Of a DNA stretch of 64,000 bases, positions 30,011-42,785 are shown piece by piece. The stretch is from an uncultured delta proteobacterium (GTDB lineage Bacteria > Myxococcota_A > Polyangia > Polyangiales > Polyangiaceae). The notes beneath the pieces were generated by a model. That model was not told where the DNA came from and ran no database searches. It worked only from the letters and a program-made list of their open reading frames with translations. Position 1 is the stretch's first letter, and each line of letters opens with the position of its first letter. Both the position numbers and the translations under genes were made by a program. The stretch is from the NCBI GenBank assembly GCA_963806225.1, contig CAWDXG010000004.1:864001-928000 (forward strand), in the 5' to 3' direction.

Positions 30011-31141
30011 GTGCCGCCCCATCGCGTCTACCTCGTCCCAGGCATGTTCGGTTTCGGACAGCTGGCGGGATACGACTACTTCGGGCACGTGCGCGGGGCA
30101 CTCCGGCAGCGCTTCTCCGACGCGGGCACCGACGTGCAGATCAACGTGGTACCGACGCCACCCACGTCCTCGCTGCGCTTCCGCGCGCGTGTGCTGGCCA
30201 AGACGGTCACCAGCAGCGCCGGCAGTGACGACGGACCTATCCACATTGTCGGACACTCCACGGGTGGCCTCGACGGCCGGCTGGCGCTCTCGCCCACCAC
30301 CAACCTCGGCATCGACAACGACTTGATGAGCTGGACCGGGCGCGTGCGCACCTGCACCTCGCTCAATACGCCGCACTACGGCACGCCACTCGCCGGCTAC
30401 TTCGCGACCGTCTCGGGCGCGCGCGTGCTGTACGCCCTCAGCCTGCTGACGGTCGTGTCGCTGTCGGTCGGCGCACCGTCGTTCGCCGTCTTCTCCAAGC
30501 TCCTTTCCGGCCTGGGCGGCATCGACCACATGCTGGGCGGCAACCTCGCCCTGGCCAGCCGCATATCGGACATGCTGCTGCGCGTGGTCGACGAAGGGGG
30601 CCGGGAGGAGATCACGGGCTTTCTGGGCAAGGTGCGGATCGACCAGGGCGCGATCATCCAGACCATGCCGGAGGCCATGGACCTGTTCAATGCCGCGGCC
30701 GAGGACAGCAACGCCGTGCGCTACGGCTCGATCGCCACGGCTGCGCCCGCGCCGCAGGCGATCCGCTTTGCCAAGCGCGTGCGCTCGCCCTACGCCGCGC
30801 TGACCGCCGCGATGTTCTCCACCCTCTACCAGTTCACCAGCCAGCGTCCGCGACCGTACCCCTACGCGGAGCCCGGTCCGGAAGAGGCCGCGCTGCTCGA
30901 ACAGCACGTCGCCGGCGAGGTCAGCGACCGCAGCAACGACGGCATCGTCCCGACGCTCAGCATGCTCTGGGGCGAGCTTGTGTGGTGCGGCGAGGGCGAC
31001 CACCTGGACGTGATCGGCCACTTCCACGACGACGAGAAGCCCGCCGAGCACGTCGATTGGATGACCAGCGGCGCACACTTCGACCGAGGGCGCTTCGCGT
31101 CGGCTATGGACGCCCTCGCGGGCTTCCTGTTGCGATCATGA
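30011..31141 (+). CDS. Lipase/esterase (alpha/beta hydrolase, family I-like)
   Basis: LVPGMFGF; GHSTG; TPHYGT; NDGIVP; DHLDVIG. Confidence 0.88.
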   Translation: MPPHRVYLVPGMFGFGQLAGYDYFGHVRGALRQRFSDAGTDVQINVVPTPPTSSLRFRARVLAKTVTSSAGSDDGPIHIVGHSTGGLDGRLALSPTTNLGIDNDLMSWTGRVRTCTSLNTPHYGTPLAGYFATVSGARVLYALSLLTVVSLSVGAPSFAVFSKLLSGLGGIDHMLGGNLALASRISDMLLRVVDEGGREEITGFLGKVRIDQGAIIQTMPEAMDLFNAAAEDSNAVRYGSIATAAPAPQAIRFAKRVRSPYAALTAAMFSTLYQFTSQRPRPYPYAEPGPEEAALLEQHVAGEVSDRSNDGIVPTLSMLWGELVWCGEGDHLDVIGHFHDDEKPAEHVDWMTSGAHFDRGRFASAMDALAGFLLRS

Positions 31142-31617
31142 CGACAACCGGCCCGCATCCGCCGGCCTTCGCGGTGCCCCCGCACCTCGCGCACCCGAGC
31201 GAGCCGCTCTCCATCTGGTTCACCCAACCGCTCGGACTGCTCACCCAGATCACCCGTCCCTCGACCGGCAGCGTCGAGATGGTGCGCTTCATCACCGAGC
31301 TCGCCTGGCCCGCGCTGCTCGAACTACGCGGCGCGGGCAGCCAGCCCCTGTACATCGTGCACGATCTGTCCTTGCTCGAGGACGTCGAGCCCGAAGCCGG
31401 ACGCTTGATGTCGCTATTCGGCTTGTCCATCCGCAAGCACATCGAGCGCGTCGTTGTCGTCGAGCCGCCCGCCCTGCACCGCCTCGTCCACCTCGCCATC
31501 AGCGCCGTGGGCTCCGCGCTCGGCCTGATCGGCATCCCCATGGAGCTCGCGCCGTCGCTTCACACCGTGCTGGACCAATACGGACTCCGGGTCCTGGATA
31601 CGCGCCAGGAAGCCTGA
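31138..31617 (+). CDS. Hypothetical STAS/SEC14-like protein
   Basis: ATGA-coupled; YIVHDLSLLEDVEPEAGR..IERVVVV pattern. Confidence 0.5.
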   Translation: MTTTGPHPPAFAVPPHLAHPSEPLSIWFTQPLGLLTQITRPSTGSVEMVRFITELAWPALLELRGAGSQPLYIVHDLSLLEDVEPEAGRLMSLFGLSIRKHIERVVVVEPPALHRLVHLAISAVGSALGLIGIPMELAPSLHTVLDQYGLRVLDTRQEA

Positions 31618-31623
31618 TTCGAG

Positions 31624-32572
31624 ATGGAAGCCAAGCCAGCGTCCAAGGCGGATCGGCTCCTGGATCCGGATCGACTGGCGGTACTGCTCGCGATCACGGC
31701 GGTGGTCGTGCTGCTCGTCCACTCGGCCTGGGCCTGCGACGACGCCTTCATCACCTTCCGCAGTGCCGACAACCTGGTACACGGTCACGGCCCCCCTGCC
31801 CGACAGCCGCTGGGCAACGGAAGGCCGCGAGCTCGCGGCGAAGCCGCACCGCGTGGTTGTGCGCGGCGGCATCGGTCTGCGCGGCTACTTCGCGGGGCCG
31901 GACGTGCACATCGTCGACGAGTACGGGCTCGCGGATCCGCTGCTGTCCCGGCTGCCCGTGCCGGACGCGCAGCACGAGCTCGCGTTCCGTGCGGGGCACA
32001 TCCGCCGCAATATTCCCGAAGGCTACTTGAAGAGCCTGCAGGGCAAGGGGCAGATCGATGACCCCGGGGTCCGCCACTACGCCGCCGAAATCGCTCGGGT
32101 CACCCGGGGCAGCCTCTGGAGCTGGCACCGCCTCGTGACCCTCGCCCGCCTGGAGCTCGGACTCGACCGCGGTCAGCTCGCAAACTGGATCGCCTGGTCG
32201 AGCGTCAAGCGCATCACCCTGGGCAAGCTCGATCACCACGGCGGGGAGGACCGGCACGCCAGCTACACCTACTGGGCGCGCGACTCGAAGAAGGGCGTGT
32301 TGTTCACCGACACCGGAGTGCGCGTCGTCCTGCCGGAGGTCTCGCACGTCGCACGCTGGACGGCGGCTCTCGGTCCCGGCGCGTTCCAGGTGGTCCCGAT
32401 GCGCGGGCACCAGCGCCTGCACGGAATCCGCACCGCAGCCGGCCCTGGCATCTCGAAACGCCGCATCGAGCTACCCGCCGCCACAGCGAGCGCCGGCTAC
32501 GACGACCTGCTCTTCCTCCCGGTTCGTGCGCGCGCGACCTACGACGAGCTGGACAACCTGCGCACGGAGTGA
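31624..32572 (+). pseudogene. AftB-like GT-C glycosyltransferase with a large internal deletion
   Basis: N-terminal AWACDDAFITFRSADNLVHGHG joins out of frame at ~31790 to C-terminal IGLRGYFAGPDVHIVDEYGLADPLLSRLP..GHIRR. The multi-TM core is absent. Confidence 0.7.
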
Positions 32573-32600
32573 ACGCACGCGGCGCGGGCGGGTGCGGCGC

Positions 32601-33129
32601 TCAGCCCGGGTGGTCGCTGCCGGCCTTGGCGCTGCTGGCGGGCTTTGCGGCGGGATTGGGCTTCTGCGAATTGTCCTGCGCGGGCGGCGGCGCGCCGACG
32701 ATAGGCACCACGAGCGTGTGCGTCTTGCCGGCGCGGAGGTAGCTGACGCGGACGGCGTCGGCACGCTTGAGCGACTGGAAGGCGTCGTAGGCCTGCATCT
32801 CGGTCTCGATGGGCATGCCGTTGAGCGCGGTGACCACGTCGCCGGGCTGCAGGTCGACGCCCTGCCAATATCCGGGCGGGTGCAGCGCGACGATGCGGAA
32901 GCCGCGGAACTGGCCGGCGTCGAGGCTGGGCTCGAACGTCCACCCGCTGCAGAAAGCGGCCGAGACCGGCGTTCACGGTGGCGAGCAGCTCGGCGCGCGA
33001 GACAGCACCCTTCGGCACCTTGGACCTGGCAGGCGCTTTCGCGGCGGCAGCGGTATGCGGCTGCGTCGCGGTGGCAGCTCCGCCGCCGCAACCCGCCAGG
33101 AACAATCCAACCAGAAAGACTCGTCGCAC
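32601..33129 (-). CDS. PDZ-domain lipoprotein resembling the GspC C-terminus (one frameshift)
   Basis: Lipobox LAGC; FRGFRIVAL..DLQPGDVVTALNGMPI..YLRAGK. Confidence 0.65.
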
Positions 33130-33179
33130 GCCGTGAATATGATCCGCCGTCGCCAGGGCGGGCAAATTCACGGGCGGGC

Positions 33180-33350
33180 GGGCATTTCCGCGTCCTCCCG
33201 CACCTTTTCGCCCTTTTCAAGCGTTTCGTGCGCGTTTTCGCGCCCAAGCTCCGCTTGCAGCCCTTCTCGAGCGCCTGACGGGCATTTCCGCGTCCTGGCC
33301 GCGGCTTTTCGCCCTTTCCAAGCGTTTTGTACGCATTTCCGAGCCCAGGC
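33180..33350. repeat. Intergenic ~50/51-bp tandem repeat (100-bp dimer)
   Basis: gggcatttccgcgtcct at 33180 and 33280; gcatttccg-like cores at 33182, 33232, 33282 and 33333. Confidence 0.8.
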
Positions 33351-33415
33351 GCCGGTCCATTTCGATCCGGAGGTCAGTAGTCCAGGCCGAACTTCGCCAG
33401 GCTCTGGGCGACGTT

Positions 33416-34075
33416 TCAAGAGCGCGCATCGAGCACGGCGCGGAGCACCAGCTCGCTCGTCTCTTCCACGCTGCCTTCGCCGGAGATGTGGACGACGCGA
33501 TCACCCGGCACCAGATCCTCGGCGCGGGCGTAGATGGCGGCGAGGCGACGCTGGACGTCGCTGGCTTCGAACAGCTCCTCGCGGCCTCCGCGCTGGCTGC
33601 GGCGCTGGGCGGCGACCTCGGCGGACACGTCGATGACGATCGTGAGGGCCGGACGCCTCGCGCGCCGGTTCAGCTCACGGATCCACGGCACGGACGCCGC
33701 GCCGCCCGGCGAGGTCGCCGACTGGTAGGCGAGGCTCGAAAGGTCGTAGCGATCACTCACGACCGTCGCGCCCGCGGCGAGCGCGGGGAAAATGACGCTG
33801 TCCACGTGGTCGAGCCGATCCGCGGCGAAGAGCAGCGACATGGTGCCCCATGACGGCTCGCGCGGAGCGCCGGCGTCGGTCCGCGGCAGCTCGCGGCGCA
33901 GGGCCTGCCGGATGAGCTTGCCGATGGGCCCCCCGGAGGGCTCGCAGGTGAGCCGCGCGTCCTCGCCGCGGGCTACGAGTGCATCGACCAATCGCCGCGC
34001 TGCGGTGGTGCTGCCGCAGCCGTCGATGCCTTCCAGAACGATGAAGCGAGGCTCGGGTGCGGGGGCCATGTTCAC
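33416..34075 (-). CDS. tmk: Thymidylate kinase
   Basis: [38 protein letters not shown]. Confidence 0.93.
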   Translation of the reverse strand: MNMAPAPEPRFIVLEGIDGCGSTTAARRLVDALVARGEDARLTCEPSGGPIGKLIRQALRRELPRTDAGAPREPSWGTMSLLFAADRLDHVDSVIFPALAAGATVVSDRYDLSSLAYQSATSPGGAASVPWIRELNRRARRPALTIVIDVSAEVAAQRRSQRGGREELFEASDVQRRLAAIYARAEDLVPGDRVVHISGEGSVEETSELVLRAVLDARS

Positions 34076-34941
34076 GCAGGGATGGGCGCGGGATCCTCGC
34101 CCAGCACGACGTTGTCGATGAGGCGGGTCTTCCCGGCGAAGGCGGCGACGGCGAACAGCGCGCGATCGGCGACGCGGTCGGAGAGCGGCGCGATCTCGTC
34201 GGCGTCGGCGAGCGTGGCGTAGTCGATGCGCAGACCCGCTTTTTCGATCGCTACGACGACCGGATCGTGGAGCGCGGCGACGCTGCGCTCACCCGCGGCG
34301 AAGCGGGCGACGGCTCCGGATAGCGCGCGCGGGATGGCGAGCGCACTCTGCCGTTCGTCCGCGGACAGGTACAGGTTGCGCGAGCTCAGCGCCAGGCCGT
34401 CGGGCTCGCGCACGATGGGATGCCCGACCACGTGCACCGGCAGCAGCAGATCGCGCACCATGCGCTCGATGACCTTGAGCTGCTGGTAGTCCTTCCTTCC
34501 GAAGACAGCTGTGCAGGGACCCGTGACAGCGAAGAGCTTGGTCACGATGGTGGCGACGCCCTCGAAGTGACCGGATCGGCTCGCGCCGCACAGGTGATCG
34601 GTGAGCGCGGCGACGTGAACGCGGGTGTGCTCCTCGGCGGGATACATCTCGTCGACGGCGGGCGCGAACACCAGAGCCGCCCCGGCGCGCTCGCACTTGC
34701 CGAGGTCGCCCTCCAGATCACGCGGGTAGCGCGCCAGATCCTCGTTCGGGCCGAACTGGGTGGGGTTGACGAAGATACTGACCGCCACGTCGCTCGAGTG
34801 GCGGCGCGCTTCCTTGACCAGCGCGAGGTGGCCGCTGTGCAGCGCTCCCATGGTCGGCACCAGCCCGACCGATCCGCCGCCACGGCGCGCGGCGTCGCAC
34901 GCTTCACGGAACTCGTCGACCCGGCGACAGACGCGCATCAC
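34072..34941 (-). CDS. panC: Pantoate--beta-alanine ligase
   Basis: [40 protein letters not shown]. Confidence 0.97.
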   Translation of the reverse strand: MMRVCRRVDEFREACDAARRGGGSVGLVPTMGALHSGHLALVKEARRHSSDVAVSIFVNPTQFGPNEDLARYPRDLEGDLGKCERAGAALVFAPAVDEMYPAEEHTRVHVAALTDHLCGASRSGHFEGVATIVTKLFAVTGPCTAVFGRKDYQQLKVIERMVRDLLLPVHVVGHPIVREPDGLALSSRNLYLSADERQSALAIPRALSGAVARFAAGERSVAALHDPVVVAIEKAGLRIDYATLADADEIAPLSDRVADRALFAVAAFAGKTRLIDNVVLGEDPAPIPA

Positions 34942-35846
34942 GCTTTCTCGTCGTCGGCGGGGCCGTAGCCGGCAGGGGGATGAGTGACGCGGGCCTTGTC
35001 GCCGGTGGGCTCGCCCTCGGTGTGCGGGCGCGCCATGCCGAAGCTGTGCGCTGCGTCGGGAAAGGCGCCGCTCTGCACCTCGGCGACGTAGCGCGACGTG
35101 GCGTCGACGATAGCGTCCCCCAGCTCCGCGTATCGCTTGACGAACTTCGGCTTCAGGTTGCGGTACATGCCGAGGAAGTCGTAACAGACCAGCACCTGGC
35201 CGTCGCAGTGCGGGCCGGCTCCGATGCCGATTGTGGGGATGTCGATCGACTCGGTGATGCGCCGACCGAGATCGGCGGGCAGACCCTCGAGCACGATGCA
35301 GTACGCCCCGGCCTGTTCCACCGCCTTGGCGTCGGCGAGCACACGCACCGCGGCGTCCTCGCTCTTGCCCTGCACGCGGAAGCCGCCCATCGCATGCACG
35401 GACTGCGGCGTCAGGCCGACATGACCGACCACGGGAATGCCGGCGCTGACAATGCGGTGGATCGTCTCCGCCACGCTCTCGCCGCCCTCGAGCTTGACGG
35501 CCTCGAAGCCGCCTTCCTTGAGCAGGCGTCCCGCGTTCTCGAGCGCCTTCTCGCTCGAGACCTGGAAGCTCATGAACGGCATGTCGCCGACGATCTGGGC
35601 GCGCTCGGTGGCGCGGGCCACGGCGCGACCGTGGTAGCAGATCTCGTCGACCGTGACGGGCAGCGTGGTCGGCAATCCCTGCACGACCATGCCCATCGAG
35701 TCACCGACCAGCAGCACGTCCGCGCCGCCCTCGTCGAGCAGGCGCGCCATGGTGGCGTCGTAGCAGGTGAGCATCGCGATCTTCGGCCCGCCCTGCTTGC
35801 GCGCGCGGATCGCCGGAACGGTGATCTTGTCCGTCTTGGGTGCCAT
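34938..35846 (-). CDS. panB: 3-methyl-2-oxobutanoate hydroxymethyltransferase
   Basis: [40 protein letters not shown]. Confidence 0.97.
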   Translation of the reverse strand: MAPKTDKITVPAIRARKQGGPKIAMLTCYDATMARLLDEGGADVLLVGDSMGMVVQGLPTTLPVTVDEICYHGRAVARATERAQIVGDMPFMSFQVSSEKALENAGRLLKEGGFEAVKLEGGESVAETIHRIVSAGIPVVGHVGLTPQSVHAMGGFRVQGKSEDAAVRVLADAKAVEQAGAYCIVLEGLPADLGRRITESIDIPTIGIGAGPHCDGQVLVCYDFLGMYRNLKPKFVKRYAELGDAIVDATSRYVAEVQSGAFPDAAHSFGMARPHTEGEPTGDKARVTHPPAGYGPADDEKA

Positions 35847-35891
35847 CGGCGGCGCAGAGCCTATTCGTTTGCAGGCGCGCCGGCCAGGGGG

Positions 35892-36329
35892 CTATTTCAA
35901 CTTGCGTCGCGTACCGCTCCGGCCTGAAACACGCTGCGGCACGACGCCGTCGGAAACGCCGACCGCGCGCGCCAACTGGGCGCGCGCCTCGAGCTCTTCG
36001 CCCACAACGTCTGCCAGCGCCTCTACGCCGTCGACCTTGTCGACGATGGGGCCAAGCCCAAGAGCGCGCTCGCGGGCGCCCGCGTCACGCGTGGCGCTGA
36101 AGAAGACCGCGGAGCGGGCCCTGCCTTCGGCCAACAGGAACTCGGCCAGCTCGATCCCGTTGCCGTCGGGCAGATCGATGTCGATCACCGCCGCGTCGAA
36201 CGGCCCCTCCTCCGTCAAAGCCCGTTGGACGCTGCCGAGCCGCGTCACCTCGTGACCCAGCCGGCGCAGGCTGATCGCGATCACGGTCGCGAGCGGAGGA
36301 TAGTCCTCCACGACGAGCAGACGGCCCAC
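35892..36329 (-). CDS. Response regulator receiver protein
   Basis: LLVVED; IDIDLPDGNG; IVDK; no output domain. Confidence 0.82.
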   Translation of the reverse strand: MGRLLVVEDYPPLATVIAISLRRLGHEVTRLGSVQRALTEEGPFDAAVIDIDLPDGNGIELAEFLLAEGRARSAVFFSATRDAGARERALGLGPIVDKVDGVEALADVVGEELEARAQLARAVGVSDGVVPQRVSGRSGTRRKLK

Positions 36330-36468
36330 ACGCGCAGTCTAGCTGGTTTCCGCTCCAGCGGCATTCCCAACCCGCCGATACCGGGACAAATCAGGGGAAT
36401 GCGCGGCAGGGCCTGGTGCGTAGAACGTGCTGGGGCTAGAACCAGCACCGAGAGGCCACCGCTCGCGC

Positions 36469-38257
36469 ATGGCACCGATCGCACCCGAAGCCGGACGTTT
36501 CAATCGCAGCTTCGAACGCTGGGCGCGGCGGGTGCGCGCGCGGCTGGCGCTGCGCCGGGCGCTGACCGGGGCGGCGCTGGGGCTGGTTGCGGGCGGCGCC
36601 GCAACGGCGCTCCTGTGGTGGTTGCGGCTCGGCACACTGCGCCCCTGGGCGGCTGTGTTCGGGCTGGTGGGGGCGCTCGCGGGCCTCCTCTTGTCGCTGC
36701 GCCGGCGCTGGAGCGACCCGGACGTCGCGCTCTATCTCGATGCACGGCTCGGGACCGACGAAGCGATCAGCACGGCGGTGGGCGGACCCGATCCCGCACA
36801 TCCGGCGCGCGAGATCGTGACGCGGCGCGCGACCGAGGCCCTCGCCTCCGGCGACCCCAGGCGCGCGCGGCCGCGCGTGCTGGAGCGCTGGCAGGGGCTG
36901 GCTCCACTGGGCGGGGCGGCCGTGGTGTGGCTGTCCCTCGTGCCGCTGCCGAAGTTGCCGCCTCCGGCGCCGAAGCCCCCGGGCACCGAGATGGTGAAGA
37001 ACGCGGACCTGAAGGGGCTGGACCGCATCATCGCGCTCGACAAGCTCGACGCCCGCGACGCCAAACAGCGCGCACGGCTCGACCACATTGCGCGCGAAGC
37101 GAAGAAGCTCCGCGCCGACCTGCAGAAGGGCATGCAGAAGCGCGAGGCGCAGGCGCGCCTCGCCAAGCTGCGCGACGACATCGCCGCCGAACGGCAGCAC
37201 TTCAACGACAAGAAGAACCGCGACGGACTGGAAGCGGCTATCCGCGAGCTCTCGAAGCGCGCGGCGACGAAGCGCGCGGCCAAGGCGCTGGGCGACGGCG
37301 ATCTGGTCGCCTTCGACCGCGAGATGCAGAAGCTCGCCAACAAGACCGAGAAGAAGGACCGCGAGGAAGCCAAGAAGGCTCTGGAAGAGGCCGAGAAGGA
37401 AGCGCGGAAGAAAGGCGCGTCCGGTCTGGCCAAGTCGCTAGAAGAGCAGAGGAAGCTGTTCGAGAAGCGAGAAGCCCACGCCGAAGCGCTGCGCGAGCTG
37501 GCCAAGTCGCTCGGCGGCAAGCTCTCCAAACAGGCCCAGGAAGATCTCGAGGAGTTCGGCCAGACAGGCAGCCCGGAGGCGCAGAAGCGACTGGCCGAGT
37601 CGATGGAAAAGGCGCTGGAGGGGCTGAGCGACGCGGAACGCAAACGGCTGGCCGAGCGACTCGGCAAGCAGATGGAGAAGCAGGGCGGCGCCGCCAACCC
37701 GATGACGAAGAAGCAGCTCGAGGAGATGGCGCGCCGCATGAGCAACCCGGAGGGGCAGAAAGCGCTGCGCGAGCAGCTGAAGAAGCTGGCCAACGAAGAC
37801 CCGAGCGGCGACGCGAGGCGGCAGAAGGGGCTCGACGATGCCGACCGCGGCGGCGCACAGGCAGAGCGCGGGCTGGGCGCGATGCCGGTGCCGATGCAGG
37901 GCACACCCGGCAGCGGCAAGGGGATGGCCGGCGACAACAAGACCGGCGGCGGCAAGTCGGGCAAGGGCGCCGGAGGCCCCGGCAGCCACCACGACAAGGG
38001 CCAGGGCGATCACAAGGGCCACACCGGCAAGGTCGCCACGAAAGAGCTCCGGTCGAAGGCAGAATCCGAAGCTCCAACCGGGCGTGCCGATGCAGGGCGC
38101 GACCATGGGCCGCGCGCCGGCCCGCCCCGGCGAGACGGCGAACCAGGTCGGCACCGGCGCCCTGGGCAGCGCGGGCAAAACCGAGGTCGGGGGCGTCGAT
38201 CGGTCCGAGGTTCCGGAGGAGTACCGCGAGCAGGTAGGGCGCTATTTCCAGCCGTAG
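36469..38257 (+). CDS. Membrane-anchored long coiled-coil protein (frameshift near the C-terminus)
   Basis: Three N-terminal TM segments; K/E/Q-rich coiled coil; Gly-rich linker; C-terminal VPEEYREQVGRYF. Confidence 0.75.
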
Positions 38258-38322
38258 CCGGCGCCGTCTCCCCTGGGCGGGGCACGCGGTGTAGGCTGCC
38301 GCGACTGCCCGGTCGATTCCCC

Positions 38323-39366
<1,044 letters not shown>

Positions 39367-39375
39367 GCTCGGGAC

Positions 39376-41514
39376 GTGGCGCGAGGGCGAAAAGACGAGC
39401 GCTCTGCGCGGCGCTGGCTGGCTGCACTGGCAGCGCTCGCAGCGCTCGCAGCGCTTTTGCTGTCTCGCGCTGCCCGCCGCGGCCGCCCCGCCGAAGAAGA
39501 GCGCGCTGATCGTCGAGCCCACGCCGCTCTTGGGCGCCGGCACACCGACCTGTCCGGGCTGGTTCAGCGTCGCGGTACGCCTGTCGAATTCCGGCGACGC
39601 GCAGATCGCCGGCTCGCTCGAGCTCTCGAGCGAGCTCAGCTACGCGCGCGATACCGCCCACATCGTCACGCGCGCTCCGTTCGCTGTCGCCGGCAAGGGG
39701 CGCGTGACGTTGATGCTTCCGACCCACGGGTTCAACGGCTCGCTGCCGGAACTGCGCCTGCGTGCGCTGGATCGCGGACGGCAACGTACTGGCCGACGTC
39801 GGGTTGCCGGATCCGCGCCCGCCGGGCCGTTCCTGTTCGACCTCGATGTGCCGAGCCGCATCGCGCCGTCACTGCGCGGCATGGGCGTGCCAGTCACGCA
39901 CCCGCACCAGACGCGTCGCGCTACGGCGCGTACCCCACGCTCGCCGTTTCCAGTCCACGGCGTGAACGCCGCCACCGGCGATCCGGTGCTGCCCGAGCGC
40001 GCGGCGGGCTACGCCAGCGCGGCCGTGGTGCTGGCGAGGAGCGAGCAGATCGCCGCGCTCAAGGGTCCCGAGCTCGAGGCGCTGGGCGACTGGGTGCTGC
40101 CGGCGGCGCGCTGGCGGTGGTCGTGACGCGGCCGGAAGATCTGCACCGGCCTCCGCTGACGGATATGCTGGGCGGCGACGTGCGGACCGGCGCGCCGCCG
40201 GCCGGCGTCAAGGCGGAGAGCGGACTTCCTCGTCGTCCCGAATCCGTCGGCAGCGCCTCCGTACAGCTACCGCGGGCCCGGGCACCGGCGCGACGGCGCA
40301 CAAGCTGCATCGCCCCGTCGCACCGAGGTGGCGGACAAGCTCGTCGGCTACAGCGGTGGCAATCTGCACCCGAGCCCGTGGGGCGCGTCGGCCAGCTACG
40401 GCCTGGGCGAGGTGCACCTGCTTGGCGTTCGACGCCACACGCGAGCCGGCCGTCAGCGACGAGTGGGTGCAGCTCGAGATGGTCGATCTGGTGCACCACG
40501 CTTGCAACCGCAACAACACCGTCGCGCTGCCCTCCGCCCAGACCGCGCTCGACCGCCCGGGGTGCGAGCGCGTGCGCAAGGAGCTCGACCCCAACGAGGG
40601 CTCGCGCTGGGCGATCGCCGTCTCGGCGCTGCTGCTGCTCTGTTGTACGCGGCCGGCGCGGGCCCGCTGAATTTCCATCGGGCCTCGCGCAAGGGACGCC
40701 CGCTCAGGGCGCTCCTGCACCTGCCGATCTGGGCGGCGCGCGACCATTCGGCGCGGTGGTGGTGCTCGGCGTCGCCGCCAAGGGCGTCAGCGGGCGAGCG
40801 CGCCACCTCACCCTGGTGGAAGCCGGCGCGGGCATGTCGCGAGGCGCCGCCACGCGCTTCCGCGGCTTCTACAGCGTCCAGCGTCCGAACAGCTGACGGT
40901 GCGCGCCACGCAGCGCGGCAGCGTGCTCGACGTGGCGGGCCAGACCGACGACACCGGCCGCGATCATGGTCGTCGACCGCGACGGCGCCCGCATCGAGCA
41001 CTTCCAGGCCAAGCCCTGGCAGACGGTCGTGGTTCGCGAGGACGGCTTCATCGACCTGGGCGGCGGCGTCAGCATCGTGCGGACGGGCCGACGACGTGGA
41101 GGTGAAGAACCGCGCGGCGCGCGATCTGCTCGCCGTGCTGCTGAAGCGTCGCCGGGGCACGGCGCGGTGTCCTTCCCGCGCATCGCCGACGGACGACAGC
41201 GTGCTCGCCAGCAAGGGCAAGACGGTCGCCGAGGAGCTCGGCGCATCCGCGCGACCAGCGGCGGCGGCCGACGCGCATCGAGCTGGACGCCGACCTGTTC
41301 GGCAGACGTCGACGCCGACCGCCCAGGGCGTGGGCGCCGCCTGGACAGGCGCTGGAGACGCTGGCCGAGCACCGACACCGACTGGTGGCCGGCCGACGTG
41401 CCCGTGCTGCTCGGCCAGCTCGAGGGCGGCGAGGGGCGCACCAGCGACTCGGGCCTGCGCTCGATCGTCGACCGCGTGCTGGTCCGCGTGGTGGGCTACG
41501 GAGGCGTGAAGTGA
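39376..41514 (+). CDS. Large hypothetical exported/membrane protein (many frameshifts)
   Basis: Signal-like N-terminus; protein-like segments in alternating frames ([32 protein letters not shown]). Confidence 0.55.
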
Positions 41515-42785
41515 GCGCTGCGCCGGGCATGGTCGAGGCCGTCGAGCGCCGCGCTCGTAGCAGCGCCGCCGCGCCATCCGTGTCCGCCACCTGTGGCACC
41601 GCTACGGCAACATGGACGTGCTCCGCGACGTGAGCTTCGAGGTCGGCCACGGGCGAGATCTTCGGCTTCATCGGCCCGAACGGCGCCGGCAAGACCACGA
41701 CCATCCGCATCATGGCCACGCTGCTCGAGCCGATGGCCGGCCGCGTGGAGATCGACGGCATCGACGTGTCCATCGATCCCGACGACGTGCGCACGACTGA
41801 TCGGCTACATGCCGGATCACGCCGGCGTGTACGAGCGCATCACGGTGCGCGAGTACCTCGAGTTCTTCGCCGACGCCTTCGGCGTGCTCGACATCGGCGT
41901 GGTCGACGCGGTCATCGAGCTGACCGACCTCGGCAATCTGCAGGACCGCCTGGTGGCCGCGCTCAGCAAGGGCATGAAGCAGCGGCTGCAGCTGGCGCGC
42001 ATCCTGCTGCACGACCCCAAGGTGCTGATCCTCGACGAGCCGGCCAGCGACCTCGATCCCGCGCGCCCGCATCGAGATCCGCGATCTTCTGCTGGAGCTC
42101 CGCGAGCTCGGCAAGACCATCTTCCTTTCGAGCCACATCCTGACGGAGCTGTCGCGACGTGTGCACCTCGATCGGCATCCTCGAGCGCGGGCGGCTGGTC
42201 GTGGCCGGACCGCATCGGCGAGATCGCCGAGCGGCTGGAAGCGCGGCGCATGCCGCCGAGGCCGTGGGGCTTCCGCGCCGCCGCCGGCCGGCGCGCCGCG
42301 CACGCGCCGCCGGCGCAGGCTTTCGAGCGCCGCAGCCGCGGCGCCGTGCCGCCAGCGCGCCCGGCCGCCGGACAGTGCGGCGCAGTTCCGCCCAGGTCGC
42401 CGCCGCTCCGGGCGCGCCGCCGAAGCGGCCGAGCCGCCGGCGCCCGTGCCCGTCGCCGACGCGGGTTCCCGCACCCGCGCGCTGCCCGACACGACCGCAG
42501 GCGGCGTGGCCATCCCCGGCGCGGCACAGCGCAAGCGCTGAAGCTCCGCGTGCTCGGCGACTCGCGCCCGGTCGTGCCGCTGCTCGCGGGCGGCAGCGGC
42601 ATCTTCGGCGTCGAGCCGGGTCCCGGCGGGACAGCTCGTCGTGCACTACACCGGCGGGGACCGCTTCGTCGCCGAGGTCGTCCGCCATCTGGTCGCCAGC
42701 GGCGTGGGCGTCGTCGGCGTCGAGCCCGAGCGCAACGAGCTCGAACGCATCTTCCTCGAGGTCACGAAGGGGGATCTCGCAATGA
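41511..42785 (+). CDS. ABC-2-type ATP-binding protein (frameshifted)
   Basis: [29 protein letters not shown]-terminal [10 protein letters not shown]. Confidence 0.88.
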
